Source: Candidatus Saccharimonadales bacterium
GTDB lineage: Bacteria > Patescibacteriota > Saccharimonadia > Saccharimonadales > 2-12-FULL-41-12
Assembly: GCA_025451045.1 (NCBI GenBank)
Contig: JANWLD010000001.1
Span: 69,812-133,811 of the forward strand
Reading direction: 5' to 3'
Length of the DNA stretch: 64,000 bases
Positions 43,536-54,194 of this stretch are shown in pieces (position 1 is the stretch's first letter; each line of letters begins with the position of its first letter). The position numbers and the translations under genes were made by a program. The notes under the pieces are model-generated. The model searched no databases. It saw only the letters and a program-made list of their open reading frames with translations, and was not told the DNA's origin.

Positions 43536-45442
43536 TGGCGTTCGGTAAGAAAAAACAGCCAGTTGACCCGGCGGCTGTCGCCCAGGCCCAGCAGCAACGT
43601 GAAGAGCTGGAAGTATCGGCGGCTTTCCAAAAAGGTATCACCGCCCTTCGTGATTTTGTCGCGCCGAGTTCGATTGAATACAGCGGTACACATTTTCAAA
43701 TCGGCACCCGGTATGCAAGAACTTATTATGTTTTCGGCTATCCACGGCAACTATCGACAGGTTGGCTGAGCAGTATGGTAAACCTGGACGAAGTCATTGA
43801 TCTTTCACTCTATATCTATCCTGTTGAAAGCCAGGTTGTATTGGAAAACCTGCGCAAAAAAGTCGCGCAACTGGAAGCCGGCATCCAAATAGATACCGAA
43901 AAGGGCCGCGTCCGCGATCCTGCCAAACAAAGTGCCATTATGGACGCCGAAGAAATGCGAGATAAACTTCAGGTTGGTGAAGAGCGGTTCTTCCGCCTTG
44001 GTATGTACTTTACTGTGTATGGCTCCTCTATGGATGAGCTTGATTTTATCAGCCACAAGATAGAATCAATCCTTGGCCAGCAACTGGTTTATTCCAAGGC
44101 GGCTAGTTCCCAGCAGGAACAAGCGTTCAATAGCGTAGTCCCGCAGTTTCTTGACCAATTGCAGATTAGGCGCAACATGAATACCGGCGCGATTTCTACC
44201 AGTTTTCCATTCACCAGCGCTGATTTAAGCCAGGAAACCGGCATACTTTATGGAATTAATATGCACAATTCCGGGCTGGTTATCTTTGACCGTTTCTCCT
44301 TAGAAAATGGCAACGCGGTAGTTTTTGCAAAGTCCGGTTCGGGTAAAAGTTTTGCGGTTAAACTTGAGGCGCTCAGGAGCTTGATGTTCGGTACCGAGAT
44401 ATTTATCGTCGACCCGGAGAATGAATATCAGCGGATGTGCGAAGCGGTTGGCGGAGCTTATGTCCGACTAAGTTTGAACTCTTCCACCCGAATTAACCCC
44501 TTTGATTTACCGCAAGTTATTGATACCGAAGAAGCCGATAACGCCCTTCGGAGCAACCTGATAACTCTGCATGGATTGTTACGGCTAATGATGGGCGGAG
44601 CCGCGGCTCAAGCCAGCGGGGGAGCGGTAGAAGCGTCGCTAAATGCCTCCGAAGAAGCCGATCTGGACGCGGCGCTGATAGAGACTTACGCCAAAGCCGG
44701 CATCACTAACGACCCGTTGACCCACAAATCGCCGCCGCCGACTATCAATGACCTTTATGACACGTTGCTTCATATGGGCGGCAGCGGGCCGGATTTAGCC
44801 CAGCGCCTGCGCAAATACACATCCGGAACTTTTGCCGGGATTTTTTCCCAGCAGAGCAACATGAATATCAACAATCCAATGGTGGTATTCAATATTAGAG
44901 ATCTGGAAGACGAACTTCGACCGGTTGCCATGTATATAGTCCTTAATTTCATTTGGAACAGGACCAAGTCCGATCAAAAACGCCGGCTGCTTATAATTGA
45001 CGAGGCCTGGCAGTTAATGAAATACCAAGACAGCGCTAGTTTTATGTTTAGTTTGGCTAAAAGAGCCCGCAAATATAATCTGGGCATTACGACGATATCT
45101 CAGGATGTTGAAGACTTTATGGGTTCCAGCTTAGGCCGAGCGATTGTCGCTAACTCATCGATGCAGCTGTTGCTTAAACAGTCGCCTTCGGCAGTAGACG
45201 TATTAGCGGACGTTTTCAAGCTGACCAGCGAAGAGCGCAAGCGTTTGAGCAGTTTCCCGGTTGGCCAAGGGCTGTTTTTTGCCGGGCAAAATCACGTACA
45301 CCTGAACATAATCGCCAGCGAAACCGAACAGAACCTGATTACGACCAACCCCGAGGAAGTAAAGCAGATTGAAGAAGCCGGGGAAATGGCCGAGGCCGGA
45401 GGGACAATAGATTTGGAGAACCGTCTGATGCCCGGAGTTTAA
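43535..45442 (+). CDS. virB4: VirB4-family T4SS ATPase
   Basis: Walker A AKSGSGKS, VDPENEY, INPFDL, Walker B LIIDEAW, ARKY...TISQDVEDF. Confidence 0.92.
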   Translation: MAFGKKKQPVDPAAVAQAQQQREELEVSAAFQKGITALRDFVAPSSIEYSGTHFQIGTRYARTYYVFGYPRQLSTGWLSSMVNLDEVIDLSLYIYPVESQVVLENLRKKVAQLEAGIQIDTEKGRVRDPAKQSAIMDAEEMRDKLQVGEERFFRLGMYFTVYGSSMDELDFISHKIESILGQQLVYSKAASSQQEQAFNSVVPQFLDQLQIRRNMNTGAISTSFPFTSADLSQETGILYGINMHNSGLVIFDRFSLENGNAVVFAKSGSGKSFAVKLEALRSLMFGTEIFIVDPENEYQRMCEAVGGAYVRLSLNSSTRINPFDLPQVIDTEEADNALRSNLITLHGLLRLMMGGAAAQASGGAVEASLNASEEADLDAALIETYAKAGITNDPLTHKSPPPTINDLYDTLLHMGGSGPDLAQRLRKYTSGTFAGIFSQQSNMNINNPMVVFNIRDLEDELRPVAMYIVLNFIWNRTKSDQKRRLLIIDEAWQLMKYQDSASFMFSLAKRARKYNLGITTISQDVEDFMGSSLGRAIVANSSMQLLLKQSPSAVDVLADVFKLTSEERKRLSSFPVGQGLFFAGQNHVHLNIIASETEQNLITTNPEEVKQIEEAGEMAEAGGTIDLENRLMPGV

Positions 45443-45485
45443 ACAGCGCGAAATAAGCTAAAGCTGGATAAAGATAAAAACTACC

Positions 45486-48419
45486 ATGAATGAAACCGAG
45501 CAAAGAGATAATACCCACGGCGAAGCGGAAAAAAAGGCGCGTTTTGGTCCGAGCAGTCCGGACTTTACTCCGTCAGGCGATTCTTCCGACCCGCGCGGCC
45601 CCGACAACATAGCCGCCGGAAAATCATCCGATCCGAGGGGCGAAGATTCTTTGCAGTCGCGGGAAGCAGCGGGAGGCGTGGGTTCAAGAGGAGCAGTTGG
45701 CGGTGCAGAGTCAGGTCTGGCCAATCAACTTGGTAAAGGCTTCACCGGTGTCGCCGGTGCAGCGGCTGGCGGGGGAGCTTTAGGATCGCTTCGCCCTTTT
45801 TTGAAATTTTTAACCAGAAATAAAAGAAAAACTGCCGCCGGAGGTTTTATTGGTGCTGTCGTTGGTATTATGATTTTCCTTGCCGGCATTGCTTCGGGCC
45901 CTTTTGAATTTGTACATTTTGCTCAATTACTACAACAGTTTCACCTGCGAAGCAATGAAGATTTCGGCAATGAGCGCGGCGCCAGAACCTTGCTTTATGC
46001 ACTGACCGGACAAGCCCAAAAATCCCGTCTTGGTTTTGTCGGCAATTATGCAGCTGACAAGTGGGAAGCCAAGCTTCTGAAAGAAACAGGCTTACGACCG
46101 GTTTATTCAGCCAAAACCAGGATAGTTGTGGGGTTTGAAATAGTAAATGACAAATATATAAACGGGCTATTAGATGCCGACGAAAAAACGTCGGCAAGAT
46201 TAGAGAGCGCCATGGGAAAAGGCGCAAAGGTAACTACGGCCGGCTCGGTTAAAGGCCAGGATGTTGTACGCGGGAACGGTGAAGTACTGCCCGGTAATAC
46301 GCACATTATGAGCGTGAAAGACATGGGCTGGAAGGAGCGCAGTAAATTTATAAGGACGATCGGCAAGCTTACTGGCACCAATAACATTACCAGCACCTTG
46401 GCCTCGCGTCTTTTAAAGAAAAGAGGCGGGGTTATTTTCCATCCATTTAGATATCTTACCCATAAAGCAGTAGATAAATTGGTAGATTGGCGTTATGAAC
46501 GCAGAAAAGAAGCTGCCAGACAAGATAAAGAAGGTACAAAAAACGGCGGGGTGAAACCTAAAGACACCAAGGATACAAATGACGATAAAAAGCCCGATGC
46601 TCCAGATGAAGCCGACAAGGTGGCGGCAGAGGGAGCAGAGGAGACCATAGATGAAGCCGCCAAAGAGCTTGCAAAGAATAATATCAAAATACTTGCTAAA
46701 AGAATTGGAACCGGCTCTATAGCCGTAGGTATTTTATGCGCCGCTAAGGGCTTTGGCGATGCGGTGCCGGACTATAAGTATACAAATAATGTCCTGCCGA
46801 TGATGCGAATGGGTTTTAGGGTGGTAAGCATGGGCAATGAGGTAATGAGCGGGCAAGGCCTAACCCTCGATGAAGTGGGAGCATTTAAAGATGCCCTCTA
46901 TGATAATCAAACCGGAACAAATTGGACAGAAGCCGGGACAATTCAGGGCGAACTCGGCCACAAACAAACGGGCTACAAAATGCCCCCAGAGGCTAGTTTG
47001 CAAAACGTTAATGACAAGCCATTATTTTTCGATATCTTAGACCAAGTACCTTTCCTTGACACTGCCTGCGACATATCGGGGATTGCTGGTTCTATCCCAA
47101 TCGTAAAAGACGTGTTGAATGTCGGTTCAGATGCCGTGTTGGCCGGACTTAATGTCGCAGCTGGAGCCGCCGGTACAAGCGTAGACGCAATAATGGAAGG
47201 CGCTTTGGCTTTAGTTTCCGGCAATTCGGTAGACACGCTGGCGTCAGGGGCTGATTATGGCAATCTGGCAAACACCGGGGCGTTTTTAGCTGCTAATGAT
47301 AATGCCGTATCCATGGGCGGCAGTCCTTTGAGCAACCAGCAAAGAGCGGAGCTTAGGCTTTATGAACAAAATAATCTTAGGAACGAAAACCAAACCAAAT
47401 CATTCGCGGAGCGCTATCTTGACCCCTATAGTTCTAACAGTTTAAGCGGCCAGCTTATAGACAATGCCCCCCATTCACTAAGCAGTTTCGCGGATATTTT
47501 TAATTCCTCATTAGGATTGCTTACCGGCAGGTTCGCAAGTATTCTGCCTCTTGGAAACAATTCTTTGGTCAGTGCGGCCGGAAATGTTGATTATGGAGTG
47601 CCCAAGTTCGGCTTCTCTTTAGCAGACCAAGAAAATCCTAAATTTGAAAATCCTTATAATAATGCTGAGAAGGTCGAGCCCCGTCTTAATGAATTGAATG
47701 ATGAATACGGCAAGCCGTGTTTCGGCATGAGCGTCCATACCGCTTCCGATGGCATATCCATAGAAACCGAGGCGATGGGCAGTGATGATTTAAACGTATT
47801 TAACGTCCTCGACAACGAAAAATGCGACCCGCAAAAAAATCATGATCCTTGGTTTAAGCGGTATCGTTTTTACCTAGCGGATGCGGTTTCTACAGTTAGC
47901 AACGCCTGCTTTCAGGCCGACGGCGACCCCAAAGGCGAGAAGTACTGCGAGATGCTCGGCTTTGATACAGAGGCCGCTCTATCTAGTAGTAGTTCGACAG
48001 GAAGCGTCATAAATGGTGATGCACAGCAATTAGCACAGCAACTTCTTGATAACCCAAATGTTACCTATCCATATGCCGACGAGGTTGACGGTACGACTGT
48101 TGAAGATGTGCTGAAAAGCGTTGTGCGAACGGGCGAAGGGATTGTTAATTCGCCTGATGTTAGCTTTAAAAGCGTCCCAGTAAGTACTGATTTGCTCCAA
48201 GCACTGGTTGAATATGCAGAAAATTACCCCATTGGCTTAAATGCGCTTACCAACGCCGATCATTCAAGTACCTCGAACCATTATAAGGGAATTGCTATAG
48301 ACATAGCCTGCTCTCCTGCTCTTAATGTGGCTGCTTTTAACAAAATTGCAACTAAGTATGGCGGGCACAACAATGGAGAGGTCTGTCCAGGGAACAAACA
48401 TTATCATTATGATTTCTAA
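45486..48419 (+). CDS. Large T4SS-associated membrane protein with C-terminal M15/LAS-like metallopeptidase domain
   Basis: TM near aa 120-140; C-terminal SNHYKGIAIDI (H-x6-D) and HYH. Confidence 0.7.
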   Translation: MNETEQRDNTHGEAEKKARFGPSSPDFTPSGDSSDPRGPDNIAAGKSSDPRGEDSLQSREAAGGVGSRGAVGGAESGLANQLGKGFTGVAGAAAGGGALGSLRPFLKFLTRNKRKTAAGGFIGAVVGIMIFLAGIASGPFEFVHFAQLLQQFHLRSNEDFGNERGARTLLYALTGQAQKSRLGFVGNYAADKWEAKLLKETGLRPVYSAKTRIVVGFEIVNDKYINGLLDADEKTSARLESAMGKGAKVTTAGSVKGQDVVRGNGEVLPGNTHIMSVKDMGWKERSKFIRTIGKLTGTNNITSTLASRLLKKRGGVIFHPFRYLTHKAVDKLVDWRYERRKEAARQDKEGTKNGGVKPKDTKDTNDDKKPDAPDEADKVAAEGAEETIDEAAKELAKNNIKILAKRIGTGSIAVGILCAAKGFGDAVPDYKYTNNVLPMMRMGFRVVSMGNEVMSGQGLTLDEVGAFKDALYDNQTGTNWTEAGTIQGELGHKQTGYKMPPEASLQNVNDKPLFFDILDQVPFLDTACDISGIAGSIPIVKDVLNVGSDAVLAGLNVAAGAAGTSVDAIMEGALALVSGNSVDTLASGADYGNLANTGAFLAANDNAVSMGGSPLSNQQRAELRLYEQNNLRNENQTKSFAERYLDPYSSNSLSGQLIDNAPHSLSSFADIFNSSLGLLTGRFASILPLGNNSLVSAAGNVDYGVPKFGFSLADQENPKFENPYNNAEKVEPRLNELNDEYGKPCFGMSVHTASDGISIETEAMGSDDLNVFNVLDNEKCDPQKNHDPWFKRYRFYLADAVSTVSNACFQADGDPKGEKYCEMLGFDTEAALSSSSSTGSVINGDAQQLAQQLLDNPNVTYPYADEVDGTTVEDVLKSVVRTGEGIVNSPDVSFKSVPVSTDLLQALVEYAENYPIGLNALTNADHSSTSNHYKGIAIDIACSPALNVAAFNKIATKYGGHNNGEVCPGNKHYHYDF

Positions 48420-50316
48420 AAAAATGTTGGTCGGTAAGCTGATTTCAAGGCCTGTTGAGCTTATATGCATAGGTGCTCTTTTGCTGATTACGGCCGTGCC
48501 TGCCAAGGTGCAAGGTTTATCGAGCGAACAGAAAGGATACTTCGCTAAAAGTATTAAGTATTTTGATGAGGGTCGTTGTTCTTCTTCGTCAGAAGTAACC
48601 AGTGGTTCCGGGGAGCCAGACGGTAGTGTTTTTCCAGATTTAGACCCAGAAGTTATGGCCGGAACCATAGATAAGTTCATCAAAAAAGAAAATCCGAACA
48701 GCAAACTAAATGGATTGGGCGAAACCATAGTAGCAGGAGCGAAAAACTCCAATATCAACCCGTTTTTGATAGTAGCCCAAGCTTATATGGAATCTGGCTT
48801 AGCAGATCCTGGGATAAGCGATATTTTCGATAGGGGCAACAATGCATTTGGGCGGTCGGCCTTGATCAGCCAGCCTCATATTGTTAGCCAAGGTGCTCCC
48901 GGTGCTCCCGGCATATGGTATAAGTGGTCGTCGGTCAAAGCTAGCGTAGACTACACCGCACATGAAAACAAAAATGCTGCAGGAGGCGGTGATATAGCGT
49001 CCTACTTGCGGGAGCAATACGGAAACATCTTGGATAAGGGAGATCTTGACGCATACATTGCAGAATACGCGCCAGACGGAAATGAAGATACTTATGTCAA
49101 GAACATAAGCGGCTGGGTCAAAGAGATGGCCAGGCTCGCAAGCGGCAGGGCTGCGCCAATCGGGGCTGAGCCAGAGGCCTCTGGCTCAGGGGGGTGTTGC
49201 TCAACCAGCGGAAGTGGAACCGGCGGGGATGAAAGCCTGGTGGGAGGCACTAATGGCGAAAAGGCCTTTCTCTATTTTGTCGGAAAAGGCCTGTCCGCTG
49301 AGGCCGCCGCAGGAATTATAGGGAATTTTATGGTTGAATCCGGCGGTTTAACTGAAAATCTGGATACACGCGCCAGCAATGGCACACATACAGGTATAGC
49401 CCAGTGGGATAATGGCGGACGCTGGGCTTCGCTAGTAGATTTTGCAAAAGGGAAGAGCCTTGACCCTTACAGCCTTTTTGCACAGCTAGAGTGGACCTGG
49501 CAAGAGTTAAGCGGAAGTTATAGCGGTACACTAAATAGCCTGAAGAAAGCCTCTTCGCCCGAGGATGCTGCTACCGAATTCGAAGCAACTTTTGAAATTT
49601 CAGGCGGATCCGCACTGGCGGATAGAGAAGCATCCGCCCGAAAAATATTCAATCAATATGGCGGGGGCGTAAGTGGTAGCGTAGCGTCGTCCGGTGAATG
49701 TTCTGGCACGCCTGCAGGTGACGCTAATCTGCAAAAAACTATTACGGTGAGCACAAAAGGTAAGTTTATTACCCTGCCAAGCAAATACTCTTGCCCCGGG
49801 CATACCACTAGAATAGATTCTAGGGTAGCGGCTGATCTGGCCTATCTGATCACCACATATAATATGTGCGCGGAAGACGGTCTGGCTAGCGGCCATAACA
49901 GCCACGGCGCAGGGATATCCGTAGACCTTATACCAAAAAGCGGAAACTCAAAAAATGATTGGGAAAATTCCACCGAAGCCGCGGCGCGCGCTATCGGATG
50001 GTTCGGCGATGGAGCAAATGATCCCATAGGCTCCAAGAAAGGTTGTGCCTTTTATAACGGCGATTACGGTCAGTGTATGCATATAGTCTATCCTGACAAA
50101 TTTCCAAAGTGGATGCGCTGGATAGGATATAACGGAGATTATTGCCATGGTGATCCCTGGCACTACCAGAATGCCTGTGAGGCCCACTTGCACATCAGCT
50201 GGGATTCCCCGAACGGCAATGACGCGACTTCTCCTACCGAGATTGCCGAGCCGATACCTGAAGTATATGTTTTCCCGACATCCATACCTAGTGATTTAGA
50301 AGGGCTGATAAATTAA
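48409..50316 (+). CDS. Secreted multi-domain peptidoglycan hydrolase (glucosaminidase-like + phage-tail-lysozyme-like + M15-like), VirB1 analogue
   Basis: INP..IVAQAYMESG..NNAFG; AAAGIIGNF.VESG..GIAQW...R; SHGAGISVD and HLHI. Confidence 0.8.
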   Translation: MISKKMLVGKLISRPVELICIGALLLITAVPAKVQGLSSEQKGYFAKSIKYFDEGRCSSSSEVTSGSGEPDGSVFPDLDPEVMAGTIDKFIKKENPNSKLNGLGETIVAGAKNSNINPFLIVAQAYMESGLADPGISDIFDRGNNAFGRSALISQPHIVSQGAPGAPGIWYKWSSVKASVDYTAHENKNAAGGGDIASYLREQYGNILDKGDLDAYIAEYAPDGNEDTYVKNISGWVKEMARLASGRAAPIGAEPEASGSGGCCSTSGSGTGGDESLVGGTNGEKAFLYFVGKGLSAEAAAGIIGNFMVESGGLTENLDTRASNGTHTGIAQWDNGGRWASLVDFAKGKSLDPYSLFAQLEWTWQELSGSYSGTLNSLKKASSPEDAATEFEATFEISGGSALADREASARKIFNQYGGGVSGSVASSGECSGTPAGDANLQKTITVSTKGKFITLPSKYSCPGHTTRIDSRVAADLAYLITTYNMCAEDGLASGHNSHGAGISVDLIPKSGNSKNDWENSTEAAARAIGWFGDGANDPIGSKKGCAFYNGDYGQCMHIVYPDKFPKWMRWIGYNGDYCHGDPWHYQNACEAHLHISWDSPNGNDATSPTEIAEPIPEVYVFPTSIPSDLEGLIN

Positions 50317-50339
50317 CGTAATATTAGATAGGGCTGCTT

Positions 50340-51773
50340 ATGATAACCGAAGCGATTTTAAAATATAAAAAGCAACTGGTTTTGTTCGGGTTTTGCGTGC
50401 TTGTTATTGTGCTTGGGGGTTCTTTATGGAATTACCTTCGTTTCGGCTCGATATCGGTAGTTACAGATAACGGAAATACTATTACTATCAGCGAGCTGCC
50501 TGGTGGTAGCAAGAATGGCCAAAAATTATTTTCAAAAACAGCTAAAGAAAGATTGTCGGTGCGCGTGTCGCCCGGGAAATACATAGTCAGCGTAAGCAAC
50601 AAAGCCTCTTATATAAACAAAGCAGTTACCGTTAGGGCTGGCGAGGATAACGAGTATAATCTCAACCCCTCGAAGGAAACCGGCTTAGAACCGGTTATCG
50701 GGATGCTTGCAAATAGTATGTATCCCAGCAATCAGGGGTTGAGCTTTATTGAATCTGGCTCAGGAATTCTCTTCCGGATAACCGATGCAAATCGGCTGAT
50801 TCAAGTATCTAATATTGCTGGGTTCCAGCGGGCAGAATGGTCCGACTATGGAATAGGAGCTGCTGAGGACAGCAAGGGCAACATCTATAGGCTGGTAGGC
50901 GACGATGTTCGTAAGATTAGTTTGCCCGGTCCATTCACTGTTAATAAAACCTTCTGTGTATCTCCGGATGGGACAATATATATTATAAAAAAAGACGGTA
51001 TTTATGCGGCTGGGGCATCAGAGAAGCCGAGATATGTAGGAGGGTGGGAAGACTCCGCGTTACCTTTTATTGCAGCCTCGAACAAGCGTTTGGCAATCAT
51101 AGTGCCGCCGCCGAACGATTCTTCTGCCGACAAGCAGATGGAAGAACCTTTTGTAGAAATCATAGATAAAAGCGGCAACCTAAAAGCCAAGAAAAACCTC
51201 TCTGCTTTAGCCGGTTCTTGGTCCCCGGACGGTACTAAGCTTATCCTTACAGACTTTTATGGAAATACTGGTATATATAATGAGAGGCTGGAGCTCTTAA
51301 AGACGCTGCCTAACATACAGGTTCTTAAAGCTGCCTGGGCTAATAATGAAAAGGTTGTTTATACTACCGATAATAGGGTCTGGCTGTATAGCATTAAAGA
51401 TGGTCTGTCACGAGCTTTTTCCAGCCTACCGCTGGGACTCTCTGTCGTTTCAATCTCTATAAACAAAGGCAGCGGACAGGTTTATTTGTCTGGAGGGGGT
51501 GAAGAAAAAAGCGGCATTTACAGGTTTAGTCTGAGCGGCGAAGAAGATTCCGGTCTGGACAGTATAAAAAAGCTTGCTGTCTTCCTTCCTGTCGCCTTGG
51601 ATTCTTGTCGTATAAGCTATATAAACTTTTCTGAGAAACCATCGATCATTCTTCAGACTACCCCTAAAAACAAGTCTGTTTGCATATCCCAAACAGATAT
51701 AGAGCTAACTCAAGATGGCCTTAACAGGAAGGACTTCGATTTCCAGTTTGATTTGGCTTCTGACAATCTTTAG
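50340..51773 (+). CDS. Membrane-anchored protein with Ig/PEGA-like and beta-propeller-like domains
   Basis: N-terminal TM; V.PG.Y.V; VSPDG and WSPDG repeats. Confidence 0.7.
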   Translation: MITEAILKYKKQLVLFGFCVLVIVLGGSLWNYLRFGSISVVTDNGNTITISELPGGSKNGQKLFSKTAKERLSVRVSPGKYIVSVSNKASYINKAVTVRAGEDNEYNLNPSKETGLEPVIGMLANSMYPSNQGLSFIESGSGILFRITDANRLIQVSNIAGFQRAEWSDYGIGAAEDSKGNIYRLVGDDVRKISLPGPFTVNKTFCVSPDGTIYIIKKDGIYAAGASEKPRYVGGWEDSALPFIAASNKRLAIIVPPPNDSSADKQMEEPFVEIIDKSGNLKAKKNLSALAGSWSPDGTKLILTDFYGNTGIYNERLELLKTLPNIQVLKAAWANNEKVVYTTDNRVWLYSIKDGLSRAFSSLPLGLSVVSISINKGSGQVYLSGGGEEKSGIYRFSLSGEEDSGLDSIKKLAVFLPVALDSCRISYINFSEKPSIILQTTPKNKSVCISQTDIELTQDGLNRKDFDFQFDLASDNL

Positions 51774-52831
51774 TTCAGTATTATGGTCTGGCAGTTTTGA
51801 GAAAAGTTTTTCAAAACAACGTCAGCATCAGTAGTAGTGATGATGGTTTGATATTTTTTCAAGAAACGGGTTAGGGCCTTGCGCCTACTTCCGTCCAGTT
51901 CGCTGAATACATCATCTAGAAGCAATAGCGGTTTTTTGCCGGTTTTTTCTTCTAATATTTCGAGTTCAATTATCTTTAGTGCTAAAAGTAAGGTGCGTGT
52001 TTCTCCTCTTGATGCCGCAAGTTCAATGGGGGTTTTGTTTAATGTGATAAAAAAGTCTTCCCTATGCGGTCCGGCGCCGGTGAAGCCCCTCGCTCTATCC
52101 AGTTCTATTTGGGCTTCCAGTTTTTTCAGCAAAGCGGCTGAATAATTCCTAGTGTCCAAAGATGTTTTGTAGGCAGCCTTCAGCTCAGTATTTTTACCAG
52201 AAATTTTCGAATATGTTTGGCTAAGTTTAGCATTTATTAGCCCTATGGTTTCCATCCTTTGTTTTACTATGGTTCCGGCCAGCTCGCTTAAGCGTATATT
52301 CCATACGAACAGTTGGCTGTTGTCCAGGTGAGGATTTTTTAACAATGCGTTGCGTTGGGCAAGGGCACGCTTATAGCGTATTAGCGCGGTGTTGTAGGTA
52401 TCATTAATTTGGTTGGACAGGTTATCCAGATATTCCCGCCGGTTTTGCGGCTCGCCGTGCAATAACATTAGGTTGTTTGGTTCAAACAAAACAGCTGGTT
52501 GTTTCTGGCCGCTGGGAAGCCTAGTATAAGACTTTTCGTCAATGACGAATTCTGTTTGTTGCTTGTCTTTTTCTTGGTCGGAAGTAATCTTCAGTGTGCG
52601 GGTGGTGTTGTCTTTGGTATGCACATCGACTCTGGCCCAACTGCTCCCGTGCCGGATAATATTATCCCGGCCGCGGTAAGATATATTGTTTGCTGTCAAA
52701 AGCAGGGCTTCTATTAGGTTGGACTTGCCGGCGCCATTCGGCCCAACGACAATAGTTACGCCGCCCTCCAGCTCAAAAGAAGATTCTTTGTAAGACCTGT
52801 AGTTCTGCAGCCGAATGTCAGTGAACACCAT
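51770..52831 (-). CDS. recF: DNA replication/repair protein RecF
   Basis: GPNGAGKSNL.EA, GPHREDF, SRGE.R, LLLDDVFSELD. Confidence 0.96.
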   Translation of the reverse strand: MVFTDIRLQNYRSYKESSFELEGGVTIVVGPNGAGKSNLIEALLLTANNISYRGRDNIIRHGSSWARVDVHTKDNTTRTLKITSDQEKDKQQTEFVIDEKSYTRLPSGQKQPAVLFEPNNLMLLHGEPQNRREYLDNLSNQINDTYNTALIRYKRALAQRNALLKNPHLDNSQLFVWNIRLSELAGTIVKQRMETIGLINAKLSQTYSKISGKNTELKAAYKTSLDTRNYSAALLKKLEAQIELDRARGFTGAGPHREDFFITLNKTPIELAASRGETRTLLLALKIIELEILEEKTGKKPLLLLDDVFSELDGSRRKALTRFLKKYQTIITTTDADVVLKNFSQNCQTIILN

Positions 52832-52853
52832 GGTGGTGTTATTATCCCACGGC

Positions 52854-53945
52854 CTAGCTTTTCAGGGGCATGATGATGTGCACGTAACTGTCGTCTTTTT
52901 GGTTTCGTAAGATAAAAGGTTCCAGTTTTTCGTTAAAGCCGACAAAAACGTCTTCGTTGGTTAATACGTTCAAAGCGTCCATTATATAGCGCGAGTTAAG
53001 CGTTATTTCCCCGTCTCCTGTGGTTTTAGCGCTGGTTTTGGCAGTGTTTTCGCCTAGCTGAGAGGCTATCGAGTCTATGCTTATCTGTTTTTCGTCGCTG
53101 TCTACGCTAACTTTGACACTACCGGCTGTTTCTCGGGCAAACAGACTCGAAACTTTGGCAATGTTCGACACCTCGCCTTTCGGAGCCGTGGCAGTGGTTT
53201 TGAACTTCTCTGGGATAAGCTTGCGATAGTCGGGGAATTTTCCGTCAATCAGGCGGGTCACTAGCTCCACGTCGCCCTTTTTAAATAGAATCTGTTGTTC
53301 GTCGCTGGTCACCTTTACTTCTTCGTCGCTATCGTCAAGTATCCTTAAAAGGTCCTGAATCGCGCTAGCCGGTACTAACACGTTTACTTCTTCTTTAAGC
53401 GGCATTAGTTTTTTCTCTGCCAAACGGTAGCTGTCGGTAGCGACAGCATACAGCACGTCGGCGGCGGTGTAGAAATTAACGCCTGTTAGTACCGGCCGGG
53501 CGTCATCGTTGCTGGCCGCGATAACAACCTGGTTAAGGGCGGTTTTCAGTTCCTTGGATGGCATTTTCCATTTTTTCCCTTCTTTTATTTTCGGCATTAC
53601 TGGGTAGTCGTCGGCTGGGGTGCCATTTATCACCGATTTGTGGTGGTCGGTGCTGATATGTAGTTTGGTGTCATCGAGTTTCATGTCAATCACTCCGCCA
53701 GGCAGACTGGAAATGAAGTCCTGCATCAGACGGGCTGGCACGGTAATCGAGCCACTGTCGGCTACTTTGGAGCCTATGTAGTTGGTCACGGCTATATTCA
53801 GGTCTGTTGCCGCTATACAAACCCTGTTGTCGACCGTCTTGATTAAGACATTTGCGAGAATCGGCAAGGTGTTTCGCGTGGTGGCTATCTTGGCTACGTT
53901 GTTTAGCGCCCGCCCTAAATTTTCCTGTGTGACTTGAAGCTTCAT
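52854..53945 (-). CDS. dnaN: DNA polymerase III beta sliding clamp
   Basis: LPIL.NV, ATDL, RPVLTG, ATDSYRL, RLIDGKFPDY, IMPL. Confidence 0.97.
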   Translation of the reverse strand: MKLQVTQENLGRALNNVAKIATTRNTLPILANVLIKTVDNRVCIAATDLNIAVTNYIGSKVADSGSITVPARLMQDFISSLPGGVIDMKLDDTKLHISTDHHKSVINGTPADDYPVMPKIKEGKKWKMPSKELKTALNQVVIAASNDDARPVLTGVNFYTAADVLYAVATDSYRLAEKKLMPLKEEVNVLVPASAIQDLLRILDDSDEEVKVTSDEQQILFKKGDVELVTRLIDGKFPDYRKLIPEKFKTTATAPKGEVSNIAKVSSLFARETAGSVKVSVDSDEKQISIDSIASQLGENTAKTSAKTTGDGEITLNSRYIMDALNVLTNEDVFVGFNEKLEPFILRNQKDDSYVHIIMPLKS

Positions 53946-54194
53946 ATAACTAATCCTTTATTTATTTGAAGTGTATTAATAGTAGAAAACCTTGTGAATA
54001 ATAGGGAAAAACAGCGATTTATTGAGAGAACTTCGACAAATATAACTTGCAAAAACCTGGGTACAACACACGGAAAAATACTGGAAAACCCAGGCTTATA
54101 CCCAGCTGTAAAAAATACAAAAAAACTATTTGTGTAAAACCCGGCGTTTTTACACAATGAACCTAATCGCCCGCCCACAGCCAAAACACAGTCT
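53946..54194. other. oriC, dnaA-dnaN part with DnaA boxes and DnaA-trio-like unwinding element
   Basis: TGTGAATAA 53993-54001 next to minus-strand TAC-TAT-TAA-TAC; TTATACCCA 54096-54104, TGTGTAAAA 54131-54139, TTTTACACA 54148-54156. Confidence 0.8.

Noticed and set aside
48325..50316. Prophage lysis gene (phage tail lysozyme)
   Set aside because: The domain sits in a secreted protein within the T4SS operon with no phage structural genes nearby
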